In this document: positions 36,221 to 49,819 of the stretch, in pieces | How positions within the stretch are numbered: position 1 is the first letter of the stretch | Layout: every line of letters begins with the position of its first letter | Assembly: GCA_963514005.1 (NCBI GenBank) | Contig: OY740806.1 | Span: 15,376,001-15,440,000, forward strand | Length of the DNA stretch: 64,000 nt | Source: Raja brachyura | Lineage: Eukaryota | Direction: 5' to 3' | Program-made: the position numbers and the translations under genes | Notes under the pieces: model-generated | Told to the model about the DNA's origin: nothing | The model's input: the letters and a program-made list of their open reading frames with translations, nothing else | Database searches by the model: none

Positions 36221-39200
36221 CTTGTATTTTCTGATGCAAGGCAATACCTCTGTCAGGATGTGTGCGCCTCTCCTGTTTTCCCTTCATTGTCTCACTAAAA
36301 GGATACCACAGTTTCAAAAACTGCTTTTATTGCTGATAACTACTCCTACCCAATTTGCTGAAATCGGTAATAATTCCTACCATTTCAGCAGGGTATGTCA
36401 ACTAATTGTATGTTTCCACACCTTGCTAGCACAGAATAAGCAAAACAAGCCCAAAGCGGTAGACGCTGAACAAGCGGATCATATATTTACGACTCTACAA
36501 TTTCCTGCACTTCATAAGGGAGATTCTGTTTTGCTTTGGGGCAAAGATTATGTGCATGTGTAGCAGACCTATTAAGTTGCTAGGCAGGCTTTGATTCAAT
36601 GATGAATATTTCCTTATCAGCCAAATGAAAAGAATGATAATATAATTGGAGCATTGAAAGTATGGAACGATTCTTAACTAATTTGCACATATGTTGTATC
36701 AACTTGCAGAAAATTGCACCTGAACAGTCCCTGTTGCCATTCAGTTCTTGCCTTGTTCAAACACAATTGTGGTTCAGAGGCAGCCCTGTTTGATGACTTG
36801 ATGAGGCTTCTACTTGTTGGCAGATTCTGAAAGCTCTGCACAACCATATTATTAAATACTTGCTTTGGAAAGCCACTATAACAATGTGAAACTGAAGGGC
36901 ATCGGAGGCAGTGATATGTCCTTGTTTATGATGTAGGATTATATTTAGTAGATCATTCTCTCTCAGATGTTTCCTTAAGGTTTTATTGAAACAAAGTAAG
37001 TGATACAAATCTGTCGAGCAACTAATGAACTGAGATATTTGAGGAAGAGTAGTTAATAGCCAGCTGTTTGTAATATGTTTTTAAAATACTCTTAATATTG
37101 TTTTAATTATTTTGGGAGATATTCTAAGGGAGGAGAAGCTGTACAATCTTTGTGAGCATTCTCTAAATGCTGCTGAAAGCGCCAGAGAAATCATTCCTTA
37201 TGGTTGCTCCCTGATAACTGTCACTGGTAAAATTAATATTGCATTTCTACACCTGCGAAGGCTGTAATGCACCAGTTTAATTCAGCCAGTGCTTTACCTG
37301 TGAATTGTTAGTCGGCAGTTTTTTCTCGCCTTAATGGAGGCTTTGTAGCTAGAAAGGTGTGTTGGTCTGAATTCAATATCAGGTTAAATCTGCTTGGCAG
37401 TAGAATATATTGAATTCAGAAATTAGAGAACTGGCTCAGAAAGCAGTCTGATCCATTTGGAATTTCCTCTTAAAAAATATTCTATTCTAAGCGGAGGTGT
37501 CGGCAGTTTAACTTGAGCCAAAGTATAATCCAGGAGTACGGCTCCATTTGTTCCAGCTACTCTGACCCTCGTCAACTTCTTTCTTGATCTATTCCTCTTC
37601 TATTGTATGCAGTCACGTCTTGGGTTCAATAATTTGTCAGTTGGCGTTATACCAAGCCTTAAATATAGAAGCTAAATTAAGTTTTCACCTCCAGTAAAAT
37701 TATTTGGTGGATATGGGCAGCTGCTTTTTTTTAATAGGAGGAATTCTTGTTGAATGTTGCAGATTTTGCTGCTTTATTGGCATAAAGAGATCTGATTTTT
37801 CTCCCGACAAGAAAAATTGTTTGTAATTGATCGATTATCTTCTTGGGAACATGGGGTGCTGTTTGTGTGCACAAGATCTGTATCTTTGCTAATTCAACAA
37901 TCTCACTGTCAACTAGTTAATAATTATCCTCCACCCCCTGAACAGCCTCGCAGGAACCCAGCAAGAGGTGTTGGATTTTATGAAGCGTATCCATTTTGAT
38001 ATCTATAATTGCATTAATCAACTGGTCTGCAGCATTTCCACGGGCAAAAATAATATTTTGAGTTTCATAGTTGAAGCTTGCCAAAAAAGGTAAGTAAAAA
38101 CACTTGTTTGGGCACAACTAGGGTATTGTGACCAGTCTGGGCGTCATGCTTTAGCAAAGATGTAAAGGCTTTTAAGAGGGTGTGAAGAGATTTATTAGTA
38201 TGATTCCATGGATTAAGAAACTTTCTAATGTGGGTTGACTGCAGAGACTGGAATGGGTTTCTTTTGAACGCAGTTGGTTGCAGGGGGAGCTAAAAGAGGT
38301 ATTTAAGTCATTGAGTATGGGCAGCATAGTTAGAGAGAACCTGTTCCTTTTGCAAGTATGTTTAATACGCAGAGGTCAGAGAATGAAGTTGATTCCAAAA
38401 GTGAATATCCTCTAAAATATACTACCAGGGTTAAGTGGAAGGTGATTTAATTATGGTGTTCACAAATATGAGTTGGATAATATATAAAACTAAATAATTA
38501 GCTAATATGGGGAGAAAGTGGACGACCGCAATTATTTGTGTTACTTTTGCAGAGAGCCAGTATGCATCCAATGGTTTCCTTCTGTGCTGCAACTTTGTAC
38601 GCACTTGTGTGTGAATCTGTATCCCTTGGATTCTGAATTGAAGAATTATTCTCGTGTGACTGCACAGATGTGTTTGTGTAATAACAAGGAACTGCAGATG
38701 CTGATTTACCATAGAAAGACACAAATTGCTGGAGTAACTCAGTGGGTGCGGCAGCATCTTGGGAGAACATGGACAGGTGACATTCGTGGTCTGGATCCTT
38801 GAGACTGATTGCAGGGAGGGATATGGGGGTGGGGGAGTTAACTGGAAGAGAGGAGGGGAAGGGCATGGCATGGCCGATAATAGGTGAATACAGGCGAGGG
38901 GGACAGGGACGTTTTGGGGAAGAAAGAGATGGAGGAAGGCTGTTTTTGGATAGCTACCTGATTTGTGACCTGGTTAACTATGATGAAGTTTATCCTGGTG
39001 GTCAGCCGCACATGTCAGAGATTGTAAATAGTCATACATATTTACATGGTAGGAATGCACATTAAACGTGGGGCAGACCTCTGAGCCAGCAGAATTATCG
39101 CAGGGTTTCTGACGTCTCTAATTCTTGAGCTTACTGGTTGCCAAGTGTGTTCTATTAATTCTAGTGTGAGCTGTATACATGTGACCATTTCTTTTGAACG

Positions 39201-42200
39201 TAATGCCTACCAGCTTATTCAGTTGAGAAAATTGCAACTTTATGAGAATTAGCCAGGTATATTTTTCTTTGGGAAATGGAAAGAAGTTTCCTGATGTTTT
39301 TTCGCAATAGGTTAATTGCATTGCAGCCACCCATGTGGAGATCTGAATATGGCCAGGCTTTGCAAGTTAGGAATGCTTTCTTTATTTTAAGAATAATCAG
39401 GAAAGGCTGCTATGCCTTCCATGGTCCTTTACATAGCTGCAAAATCCAGACAGGTTTTGGAGACCCAAGAATCTGTAGATGCTGAAATCTTGATCAAAAG
39501 TGTATTGGAGAAAAGGCAATGTTTAGGTTTTTGGACCCGTCTTCGGACCGATTCAGACTTTTAATTCTTTGTAACTGGATGATACTGACTTAATGATTCT
39601 GGTTCTGATTAGAATTAGATGTGAACATTTTAAAATTTATTGGGCAAGAAATTCTATTTGCATAAAAAAATACCGGAGGAACTTAGCAGGTCAGGCCGTC
39701 CCTCTGTGGGGACAGGGATAGTCAACATTTTGGATTAAGGTCCTCCACTGAGAGGGACAAGAGGAGATGGCAGTATCAATAGGTGGGGGTAAGGAGTGAA
39801 CAAGGTTTGTCCGGTGATAGGTGGAAGCAGGTGGGGCAGTTGAACATAGCCAGGTAGAGGAAGGAGAGGGTGGGTCAAGCTAGAAACAAGCTGGAAGATG
39901 TTCAATGGTAAGGGCAAAGGGCTGCAGATTCTCAAATCTGATAAGGAAGGTGATAAGTGGCACCAAATAGGGAAAGGATAAAGGGCTGATAGAACCAGGT
40001 GGGAGGGGGAAGGTTAATAATAGTATGGGTGGCTGGGCTGGTTTGGCACAAAGGAGGCGTGGGAGAGCATGGGTAGATTAGAAAGATAAATAAATAAATA
40101 GAAGAGGTGTGGGATGCCTGAGCATAGCATATTCAATGTACACACCTTTGGGTTGCAGACTGCCGGGACTAATTCTTCAAGATTGAATGTTGAATCATCA
40201 TGTCAGTGGAGAAAGCCAAGAGCGGGCAGATTGGTGTGGGAATTGAAAAGAGACGTAAAATTATATACAACAGTATTGCAGACAGAGTATCGGGGCTACG
40301 TGAAATGATTGCCTAGTCTATACTTAGTCTTGTCGGTGTTAAAGAAGCCTTATGTTAAACACTGAATGTAATAGACATAAGTTGAAAGGTGCATGTGAAT
40401 CTCTGGCCATTCAGTGCATTCTGCGTATCCTGGATCACAAATTGGGCACCTATGAGGTGCGGTCTGTACGATGTTTGTATGTTCTCACCGGGTGCTCCGG
40501 TGTCCTCCCACATTTCAAAGTCATACAGGTTTGGAGGTTAAGGTAGACAGCAATGCTGGAGAAACTCAGTGGGTGAGGCAGCATCTCTGGAGCGAAGGAA
40601 GTGGGCAACGTTTCGGATCTTCAGACTGATCTGATGTCTGAAGAGGGGTTTCGACCGGAAACGTTGCCTATTTCCTTTGCTCCATAGAGGCTGCCTCACC
40701 CGCTGAGTTTCTCCAGCATTTTTGTCTACCTTTGATTTTCCAGTATCTGCAGTCCCTTCTTAAACATAAGGTTTGGAGGTTAATTGACTTTGGTAAAATT
40801 GTAAATTGTCTCTAGTGTGTAGGATGATGCTAGTGTACAGGAGATTGCTGATCGGCGTGGGCCGAAGGGCCCGTTTACACGCTGTGGACATCTGAAAGGA
40901 CATTTTTTGCGTAAAAGCAGCGGCTACTTGCATATGTATTTTAAAAAAATGTAATGATGCCACACCAATGGAAACTTGTGCAAGTGCAGCAGTAGTGTAG
41001 CTTCCACATGTGACCGATTTCAAGATAATCAAGAGTGAACATTTATTTTGGAGATATAATGAACACTGGTTAAAGGAAAGGCAACAATAAGAATCCTTTG
41101 CAAAAGGAGTAATTGCCTGCACTGTTTGGGAATTTTAATTTTGCCGCTCTAGAGGTAGGAAGTGCTGGGATTTGGGAAAAATAATCATTATCATTGTTGG
41201 CAAGAAAATGCAGATGTTTTAATAGTGGTCCAGTTGTTCACTTATAGCCCAAAAATACATTGAAGGATTCTGTTTCAATGGCTTTACTCCCAAGTAGTTA
41301 GCAGCTCTCTTACCAGATTTTACCTATCCAAGTCATTCTGTGTTTTGTTTTTAAATTCTGAGTGCTAAGTGGCTTTCCATTAATATTTATTGAGGACCAA
41401 TGACTTCATGCAAACAATGAACTATATTCTGCACTCTTGTCTTTCCCTTTGCTCTATTTATTGTACTTCGGTTTGATTTGATTGTATTTATGCATGGTAT
41501 ATCTGATCTGTTTGGACTGCATCCAGTACCAAGCTTTACACTATACCATGGTAGACATGGCAATAATAAATCTAAACCTTGTCATCTTAATTCTCAAATC
41601 AGTCCATTTATTGCTAGGCCCGTCCAGAGTTCAGTCTTGTCAAAGTTCAGTACCCAGTGCAAGAATGAAACAACTTGTATCTATCTGTGGATGCTAGTTT
41701 GACCAGTAGCAGCCCGCCTCATTTGGAAAGATGATGGCCATGCGAGCAGCAACACATTGAACCATACCGACCTGTTATGTTAATTGTTCATCACTCAGTG
41801 GGGTACTGTGTAAAACTAACTTTTCACCACATTGTACAGCGATGGCCAGTTCCAATGTCATTTGTATTTTATGTCAGCTGGGTACCTCTCCTGTAAAATT
41901 TTCTCTCGGGATGCTCAATTAGAAAATATGTTTTCTTTTATGAACACTATCTCCACCTGAAATTAATACCTATACATTAAATTAAAATCACCCATGTGTG
42001 ACATTCCCCCTTGGGAACTAAACTTTCCTCCTGGTCTGCCCCATTAGCATGGTGATGTACAGGTGGTGTCTCTGAATCTGTTTAATGCAGTGTCAAGACC
42101 GAAGCCATGGATAAAATGGCACACAATGTTTCTACTATTTGTAGTCGCAGTCTGGTGATTCTTCATTGTATGTGGCCATGTTGGTAAGCAACTTAAAAGG

Positions 42201-44438
42201 CATTCCTGTCATCTGAAATTAAAGCTTAGGGATATGAGGGGAAATGTGTGCTAATTAATGAAGCTTTTATTGTAGAGTGTGCTCATTAACGAAGCTTTTA
42301 TTGTAGAGTAAGTATTCAACCTAGCCAGCATCCAGAAATGTAAGCCGAGTAGTTTTTGGGGATAAGGTAAGTAGTTTTTGGAAAGGTATGAGGTGAGGAA
42401 GTGTGACATACCAGCGGGTGAACATGGCTACCATGTGTAGCTGAAGGAAGCGAGATGCAGAAAAATATTTATTGAAATAGATTGGTGTCAGATATTTGGA
42501 GGAGAAGGAGGAGCAAAATGAATGTGAAATTATCTGCTTCTTGTGTTAGTAATTCTGTTGGATTGCAGGTTTATCAACAAGAGCATAATATATATGTCTT
42601 TCTCAAATATGGTTCATTTGGTACCACTCTTGTCTCTAGGTCAGATGGTTTCCACTCCAATAACTTCAGCTCAAACCTCCAGGGTGACAACCTGGTGGTG
42701 TTTTGATACGGGTACTGTTCATTGCGTGGGATATTAAACTAAAACCCCACTTGATCTTTAGGGACAACTTTGAAGATCCTGTGGGTTTTTTTTTAAGGAG
42801 CTAGAGAACTATCAACAAGGTAGACACAAAATGCTGGAGTAACTCAGCGGAACAGGCAGCATCTCGAGAGAAGGAATGGGTGACATTTTGGGTCGAGACA
42901 CTTCTTCAGACTGATGTCAGGGGAGTGGGCAGGATGGAGATCTGTGGGCGGGACAGAAGGTAGCATTTTGTGTCTACCATCGATTTAAGCCAGCATCTGC
43001 AGCTCTTTCCTACAAACTATCAGCAATGTCATTTTCTTCTACTGGACCATGATTTTGAATGTGTAAATTAAATCTCTCCTGGATGTTGTGTGGTAAGCAG
43101 TTGCCATATAGCTTTACTCATCAGTATAATCACAATTTGCGTCATTCATGGTTTTGTATAACACAAGGTGCTTTACAGAAATAATTATGAAAGAAAATTT
43201 GAAGAAGATATTGGGACAAATGATCAGAATTGGAGGTGAGCTCAATAGAAAGACTGAGGTTTAAGAAGTACAATTTGAAGTTTTGACCTCTAGCAGTTGA
43301 AGGCTTCATCGCAATTGAGAGCAGAGCGTGCAGCAGTCCATGTTTGAAGCGTGCTGAGATTGGAAGCGGTTATAGAACTGGAGTGCATTAGAGAATGGGA
43401 ACAGCAAGACCATAGATGGAAATGAAGTGTGCAACATTGCTGAACTGAGCATAAATCTCTACCTGTTTAAGAATGAACTGCAGATGCTGGAAAAATCAAA
43501 GGTATACAAATGCTGGAGAAATTGTCTGAAGAAGGATCTGGACCCAAAACGTCACCTATTCCTTCGCTTCATAGATGGTGCCTCACCCGCTGAGTTTTTC
43601 CAGCAATTTTGTCTACCACAGATCTCTACCTAATCATGCAGGGGTTCCCAACCTTTTTTGTCCCATTTACCCTAGGCAACTTTAATAGCACATAACACTG
43701 TTATTTCACTTATTTCTGAGCAACTAATAATGAACAGACACAGACCGGTATACCAGAACCAAACACAATCAGTCAATGAGAAACAAAACATGTACAAATC
43801 CAGAATTAAAATATTTACCCCCTGGGTAGGCGAAATATACCCCCTGGGGATAAATTTACCCCAGGTTGGGAACCTTTGAAATTAATAATATACATTTCTA
43901 GTTTATTTTTAGTAAACCTCTTCATCTTGTCATCCTTACTAAAGTGTAAAATACAGAATTAGGAGTACTCTACTGACTAGACCTACCCAATAATTTTATT
44001 TTGTTCTTCATGCCTTTTGCTTAGAAAACTCGAGGATCTGTATCTAATTTTTGTCGCTTTCCAATATGTGCTTGTATCCACGTTTTCTGCCTCCCCATTT
44101 AAATTCAATGTTTACACCTTTTGAAATCTGTAGCATGGTTACAAATTATTTTTAACATTTAAAAGTTGCACAAATTCAATGCGTGTGTGTGTGTTATTAA
44201 GTATGGAGGGCTGGAGGTTTCAATTTATTTTCTTACCAAAGCAAACAGTTGCTGGAAAGAAAATACCAGAAGAAAATGGATTTCTTTGCTGCCGAGGAAT
44301 GGAGCAGAAAATAAGTTAACTGACATAGATTCATGGTCATAGAGTCATACAGCATGGAATAAGGCCCTTCACCCCTTGCCCATACCGACCAAAATGTCCC
44401 ATCTCCACGAGTCCCACCTGCCTCTATTTGCCCATATC
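36221..44438 (+). repeat. Tandem segmental duplication, copy 2 (8218 bp)
   Basis: Starts cttgtattttctgatgcaagg (= 28003) and ends ...tgcccatatc (= 36220); 1-bp microhomology (C) at the junction. Confidence 0.97.
43639..43878. mobile_element. hAT-like MITE, duplicate copy
   Basis: Same sequence as 35421-35660, shifted by +8218. Confidence 0.72.
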
Positions 44439-44985
44439 CCTCTAAATCATGTACCTGTCCAATTGTTTCTTAAATGTTGCGATATTCTCTGATTCAACTA
44501 ACTCCTCTTCCAGCTCGTTTCATGCACCCACCACCCTTTGTGTGAAAAAGTTACCCTTCAGATTCCTATTAAATCTTTTCCCCTTCACCTTCAACCTATG
44601 TCCTCCGGTTCTTAGTTTCCCTACTTTGGGCAAGAGACTCTGCATCTACCCAATTTATTCCTCTCGTGATTTTATATGCCTCGATAAGATATGCCCTCAT
44701 AATCTTGCGCTCCAAGGAATAGAGTCCTGGCCTGCTCAACCTCTCCCTATAGCTCAGACCCTCGAGTCCTGGCAACATTCCTGGAAATCTTCTCTGTACC
44801 CCTTCCAACTTGACAACATCTTTCCTGTAACATGGTGCCCAGAACTGAACACACTACTCTAAATGCGGCCTCAAGAAGGTCTCTGCAATATGACCTCCCA
44901 GCTTCTATACTCGATACTCTGACTGATGAAGGTCAATGTGCCCAAAGCCTTTTTGACACCACCTTCAAGGAACTATACACCTGCC
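44330..44985 (-). mobile_element. CR1-type LINE 3' portion (its first ~110 bp also present, truncated, at 36112-36220)
   Basis: MEGVQRRFPGMLPGLEGLSYRERLSRPGLYSLERK in ORF 44596-44808; tail catagagtcatacagcatggaataaggccctt. Confidence 0.88.
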
Positions 44986-45414
44986 AAGTTAAAGCTTAAA
45001 ACAATGCGTCATGAATCTGAGAAATTTGGAATGAACTAAGATTTTAACTTTATTTCTCCTGTCAAAGAATTCTGTGTCCTACGCATTTGACTGGTGGATT
45101 AAACTGAGATAAATCCCTTGTAACTTTAGTATAGATTTGAAGTGTGTCATCTGCCGGAATTGATTTGAGCCAACTATTTCTTCCAGCATGGCTTCAAGCA
45201 GTCTTCTGCCAGAGTTCTCGCAACACTTTGACATGGTGTGTGGTGCAGATTAAAAACCAGCTGCACTTATGCAATGTCTTTGTTAGTGAGACCTTGCCCC
45301 AAGTTCACCATCTGATAATGCTGCAACTGGTATTGAAAACTTGTGAATTCTGCACAAATCAATGGTATTTGAAACCTATCAAAAATAACTGAAACTTTTA
45401 TTGAGTCTCAGTCA

Positions 45415-46500
45415 CTTTAAATGTCCTCGTTCTTCAGAGAACGGGGTTTCCCCTCCCCCACCATAGATGAGGCTCGCACCAGGGTCTCCTCCATACCCCG
45501 CAACACTGCCCTCTCTCCCCATTCCCCCACTCACAACAAGGGCCGAGTCCCCCTGGTCCTCACCTTTCACCCCACCAGCCAGCGCATACAACAGATAGTC
45601 CTCCGCCAGTTTCGCCATCTCCAATGTGACCCCTCCACTCGCCACATCTTCCCATCTCCCCCCCTGTCTGCCTTCCGCAAAGACCGCTCCCTCCGCAACT
45701 CCCTTGTCAATTCTTCCCTTCCCTCCCGCTCCACTCCTTCCCCGGGCACTTTCCCTTGCAACTGCAAGAGATGCTACACTTGTCCCTTCACCTCCCCCAT
45801 CCACTCCTTTCAGGGACCCAAGCAGTCATTCCAAGTCTGACAGAGGTTCACCTGCACCTCCTCCAACCTCATCTACTGCATCCGTTGCTCCAGATGCCAG
45901 CTGATCTACATCGGTGAGACCAAGCGGAGGCTGGGCGATCGTTTCGCCGAACACCTCCGCTCGGTCCGCAATAACCAACCCGACCTCCCGGTGGCTCAGC
46001 ACTTCAACTCCCCCTCCCATTCCATATCCGACCTCTCGGTCCTGGGCCTCCTCCATGGCCAGAGTGAGCAACACCGCAAGTTGGAGGAACAGCACCTCAT
46101 ATTCCGCTTGGGGAGTCTGCATCCTCTGGGCTTCTGTCCTCTGGGCAGAATTTTCTCAATTCTGTTAACCCAGAATGCCCCCTCCCCCTCCCCACCTCTC
46201 CCTCAGCCCTCGGGCCCTGACATTCCTTCTCCATCTCCCCCTTCCCCCCCACTCCAGTCGCACTAGCTTCTCATTTTCACACCACAAACAGCTTACAATG
46301 GCCTGTTTCCTTTATCATCAATACTTTATTGCATATCTTTCATTCATTGTTCTTTATCTCTCCACATCACTGTCTATACCTCTCGTTTCCCTGATCCCTG
46401 ACCAGTCTGAAGAAGGGTCTCGACCCGAAACGTCTCCTATCTCCTTCGCTCCTTAGATGCTGCTGCACCCGCTGAGTTTCTCCAGCTTTTTGTGTAACCC
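45415..46500 (+). mobile_element. Penelope-like element (Neptune-type) 3' fragment: RT C-terminus/linker, GIY-YIG, terminal region with hammerhead-like core
   Basis: FRERGFP...RVPLVLTFHP...GTFPCNCKRCYTCPF, one in-frame TGA (45838-45840), then QRFTCTSSNLIYCIRCSRCQLIYIGETKRRLGDRFAEH...VAQHFNSPSH...LEEQHLIFRLGSLHP. Confidence 0.92.
46407..46434 (+). ncRNA. Minimal hammerhead-ribozyme-like core at the 3' end of a Penelope-like element, intron 2 sense strand
   Basis: Identical 28-mer about 280 nt downstream of the GIY-YIG coding remnant; first stem I pair is a U-U mismatch. Confidence 0.58.
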
Positions 46501-47796
46501 TTGGTTAAAATCATGCCGCATAACTGTTTAGATAAAAAGGGAGTAGCCATTGTGCCGCGAATCCTCACCAGCTTCGCTTCCTTGTTTCTTGTTGAGTGCA
46601 CTGACAAAGGATCAACACAATTTCTGGGCTCCAGATGAGCACAGACAACTTTGAAAGGGGGACCCAAGGGTATCATTTTTTTAAATTTGTGAATTATCTA
46701 ACCAACACATTTCATATTCATACAGTTTTCGCTGTTTCTGTTATGCAAAGCAACTTAACTTCATGCACATTGAAAAGGGGGCTGTAACTATATGATGAGG
46801 AAAATAATCTGGGTTATAGAAAAAATGATATTTGGAGTTGATAGTTTTTTGACTGTTGGTGAAATGGCAACCTTTTAGTTGAGGTGCTTAAAAGATCCCA
46901 CTGACTTTTGAAGGCTTGAGAAGTAGTCGTCTGTAGCATGTTCTGGCAGGCGATCCTCCCTTGACCAACAGTACGAAATGAAATGCATTCATTTGGTTGC
47001 ACTTAGTGGCCTTCTAGCATGCTTCTGTTGTATTCTATCTTCTTGAAAGAGTCGATATTCATGAGGGAAGTATGGGTCTGAAGCTATGAAAGAGACCAGA
47101 TAAATCCTCTTTATGTTAAAGAAAATATTAACCCTGTCATGTAGTCTGTAAAATGTCAAAAATATTTTCTATCTTTATATTCTGTTCCTCGTTAAATCTG
47201 GCAGCAGGTGTACAGAGCTCACTGACCCCTGGTTCTTTCAAAAGGGAATATTCCATGATTTGCTGGGCATTAACTAATATTTGTATTTCTAATCTGTGTC
47301 GGAGGATGCTATTTCTCCGTCAGTATGGCCCGTTTTGATGTTCTAGCTTTCTCCTGGATTTTAACAGAAGGGAATGAACTATCATTGAGCAAAAGCCATC
47401 TGCCTGGACCAGAACAGCTGGAAAAAATAGGCAGTCTATTTTAGTTCCTCAGTAGTCTGAATAAATAATGTCTTGTCATTTTTATCTCTAATAAGTAAAT
47501 CTCCTGGTTTGATCACAGCATGTATGAGTTAAATGCTTCTGTTTTCCCTGTTGCAATTGGCCGATGATTAAATGTATTAAAGTTCAGTAGTGTATTTCTC
47601 CGTGTGGGAACTGACTTGACTCGGACAGCTTTGCATTGACCAGATTGCAGCATGTTATGGTACAAGGCCAGGACAGATTCAGAACACATGGTGAATGCTG
47701 TTGTCTGTTAAGTGGGTGAACCTAGCGATGATGTGCACATGTGCTATTCTCTGAAACTCGTCAATTAGCTCACTTTTTAATCTTATTTTTCTTTAG

Positions 47797-47857
47797 AAGA
47801 AATGAATTTTGTAAAGAAGAAGCCAGAAGCACGGCATGATTCCACAGAAAATATGCA
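47797..47857 (+). CDS. MSANTD2: MSANTD2-like coding exon 3 (61 nt; not in ORF track)
   Basis: Strong acceptor tcttatttttctttag|AA and donor CA|gtaagt. 61 nt exactly bridges phase 1 (exon 2) to phase 2 (exon 4), giving (E)EMNFVKKKPEARHDSTENM(Q), the same 21-residue length as the recalled human segment [21 protein letters not shown]. Confidence 0.85.
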
Positions 47858-48794
47858 GTAAGTCACCTTTCTCAATTTTATACGTAAAATTCCTTGCAGG
47901 ATACTGCAGTGGATTTGAAACCACTGTCTGCGAGAATGTCAAATTAATTACATCATTCCCAGGTGTGCAATTGAGTTTTATTTTAAGTGTCTGGTTCGAT
48001 TGCTGATCTGTATTGCAGGGCACTATTCACATGATTACATTCACAGCTGCTGAAGCTCCTTGTCTTGCTGCTGTTAAACGCTGAAACAGTGAAGGTTGGT
48101 AACACTCCCCAATGCTAACCCAGGTGTGAAGAGGATCTCGCTTAAAATTTAGCACGTTGAATGGGATTTGTTGGTTAAGGGTGCCATTTAAGTACATTCC
48201 TGCAAACAGTCAACCAAGAATGAATGAGGGCAGAGGCAGCAGTGACAGTGGCAGGTATATTTGATCTCTGGGATCTCCCATTGCATTTTCTGTTGGTTTG
48301 GCATTTTTGGTTTCCTTTTTAAATAATACAATTCCACAGCTTTATGGAACGCGTTTCACACTGCTCCATATCTAAAATGACACAATCTAGAGTATCATCC
48401 TACTCCGATTAAATAAAGATGAGATTATTTATTGGTCTAAAATTGGTGGCAAAATATACTTCCTGTGGACTGTGAAAATTCTTTTGGTTGTCCAGCTTTG
48501 CTAGGCCTGATAACCTGATGTATCAGAGATACAATGTGTAGCTAAAACTTCTGAAGTCCAGACCCAAACCCCAGGCTGCTCAATCCTGTTTGTACATATT
48601 CACTGATTGCTGGATAAATTCCATTGGCCCAAACGTTGGGTGATGTAATCCTTGGTCAAAGGAATCCTAAATGGTAAGCGCAACAATAGCAATATGGAAA
48701 TGTAAATACTTCATATAAACGCAGTTGTTTACATGCCACATACTAAGTTTTGATAAAGACAAAAATGTTTGCCACTTTAGTTTTTTAGGGACCG

Positions 48795-49022
48795 GTGGTC
48801 CCTGCTATCCTACACTCACTAGGGACAATTTATAATTACACCAAGCCAATAAACCTACAAACCTGTCCGCCTTTCGGGTGTTGGCGAAAACCAGAGATCA
48901 TGGAGCAAACACACACAGGTCACGGGGAGAACGTGCATACTTCGTACAGACAGCACCCAGAGTCGGGATCGAACCTGCGTCTCTGGCACTGTAAGGCAGC
49001 AAATCCACCGCCATGCCACCCC
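48795..49022 (-). mobile_element. tRNA-derived SINE
   Basis: cacacactagggacaatt-like...acctacaaacctgt...gtcgggatcgaacct...ggcagcaaatccaccgcc, same family as 1692-1990. Confidence 0.82.
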
Positions 49023-49819
49023 TGGTCTCAATATTTAGCCTAAATGAATAATTTGTGAAGAATTGGGGTTGATCGAGCCTGGCCAATTTCATTCATCCTT
49101 ATCAGCAAGTTCCTTCCACCACCCTTCCCTGCCCCCCACAGTTGGAGCATTCATTCCACTTCTCCCTTTGCTGAGGAGCCATTCCATTCATACACTGATG
49201 TGACTATTTCTGATTTAATATTGAACAATAATCATAGTCACTCATTGAGCTTTGTCACCTGCTCCATGAGCAAACATCATCTTCTTGAAGCCATCTAGTG
49301 AGGAACAACTGTAATGACTGCTGAAGTAATGGGAAATCTGGTTGTTGGAACACTGATACTGCCACTATGCCTTAACAAGTGATAACCGATGTCAAAGTAA
49401 TGCCTTGACTGGTGAAATATATCCCCTCTCTAATTACATCGGAATTTTCAAAATACATTCAGCTATTTCTCTAAATTTTACAACCTATATAAGTTCTCCA
49501 TGGAGAACTGGATTGGTAATTGGGAGACACAAATTTAAGATAATTTCCAAAAAGAGATGATTTAAAGAATGAAGATATTTACATTCAATGTTGCTATGAT
49601 CTGGACTGTCCTGCTTGATTAGTTTTGGTAGAGTTTTTTTTCGTAGGGAACTGCATGCAGAAAGAAAAATTTGCAGGAATATAATTGATATTAAGTGGAA
49701 CCACTTGGCATGATTTACCAAATGACATGCCTTCTTGCCTCTCTTTAATTCTTTGCATGTTGCAGCCTGCATGCAGTTTATACACTTTTCTGACTTTCCA
49801 CTATTTGTTTTTTTTCTAG

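Noticed and set aside
28004-43633. Pairs of identical ORFs suggesting duplicated genes
   Set aside because: Short ORFs without motifs, repeated only because of the 8218-bp duplication.
45838-45840. In-frame TGA as selenocysteine or programmed readthrough
   Set aside because: More simply a CGA-to-TGA CpG decay in a dead Penelope copy; the other copy (near 20618) has a sense codon there.
47724-47756. C/D-box snoRNA-like words (gatgatg...ctga) upstream of exon 3
   Set aside because: Imperfect C box, far too short between boxes and no terminal stem.
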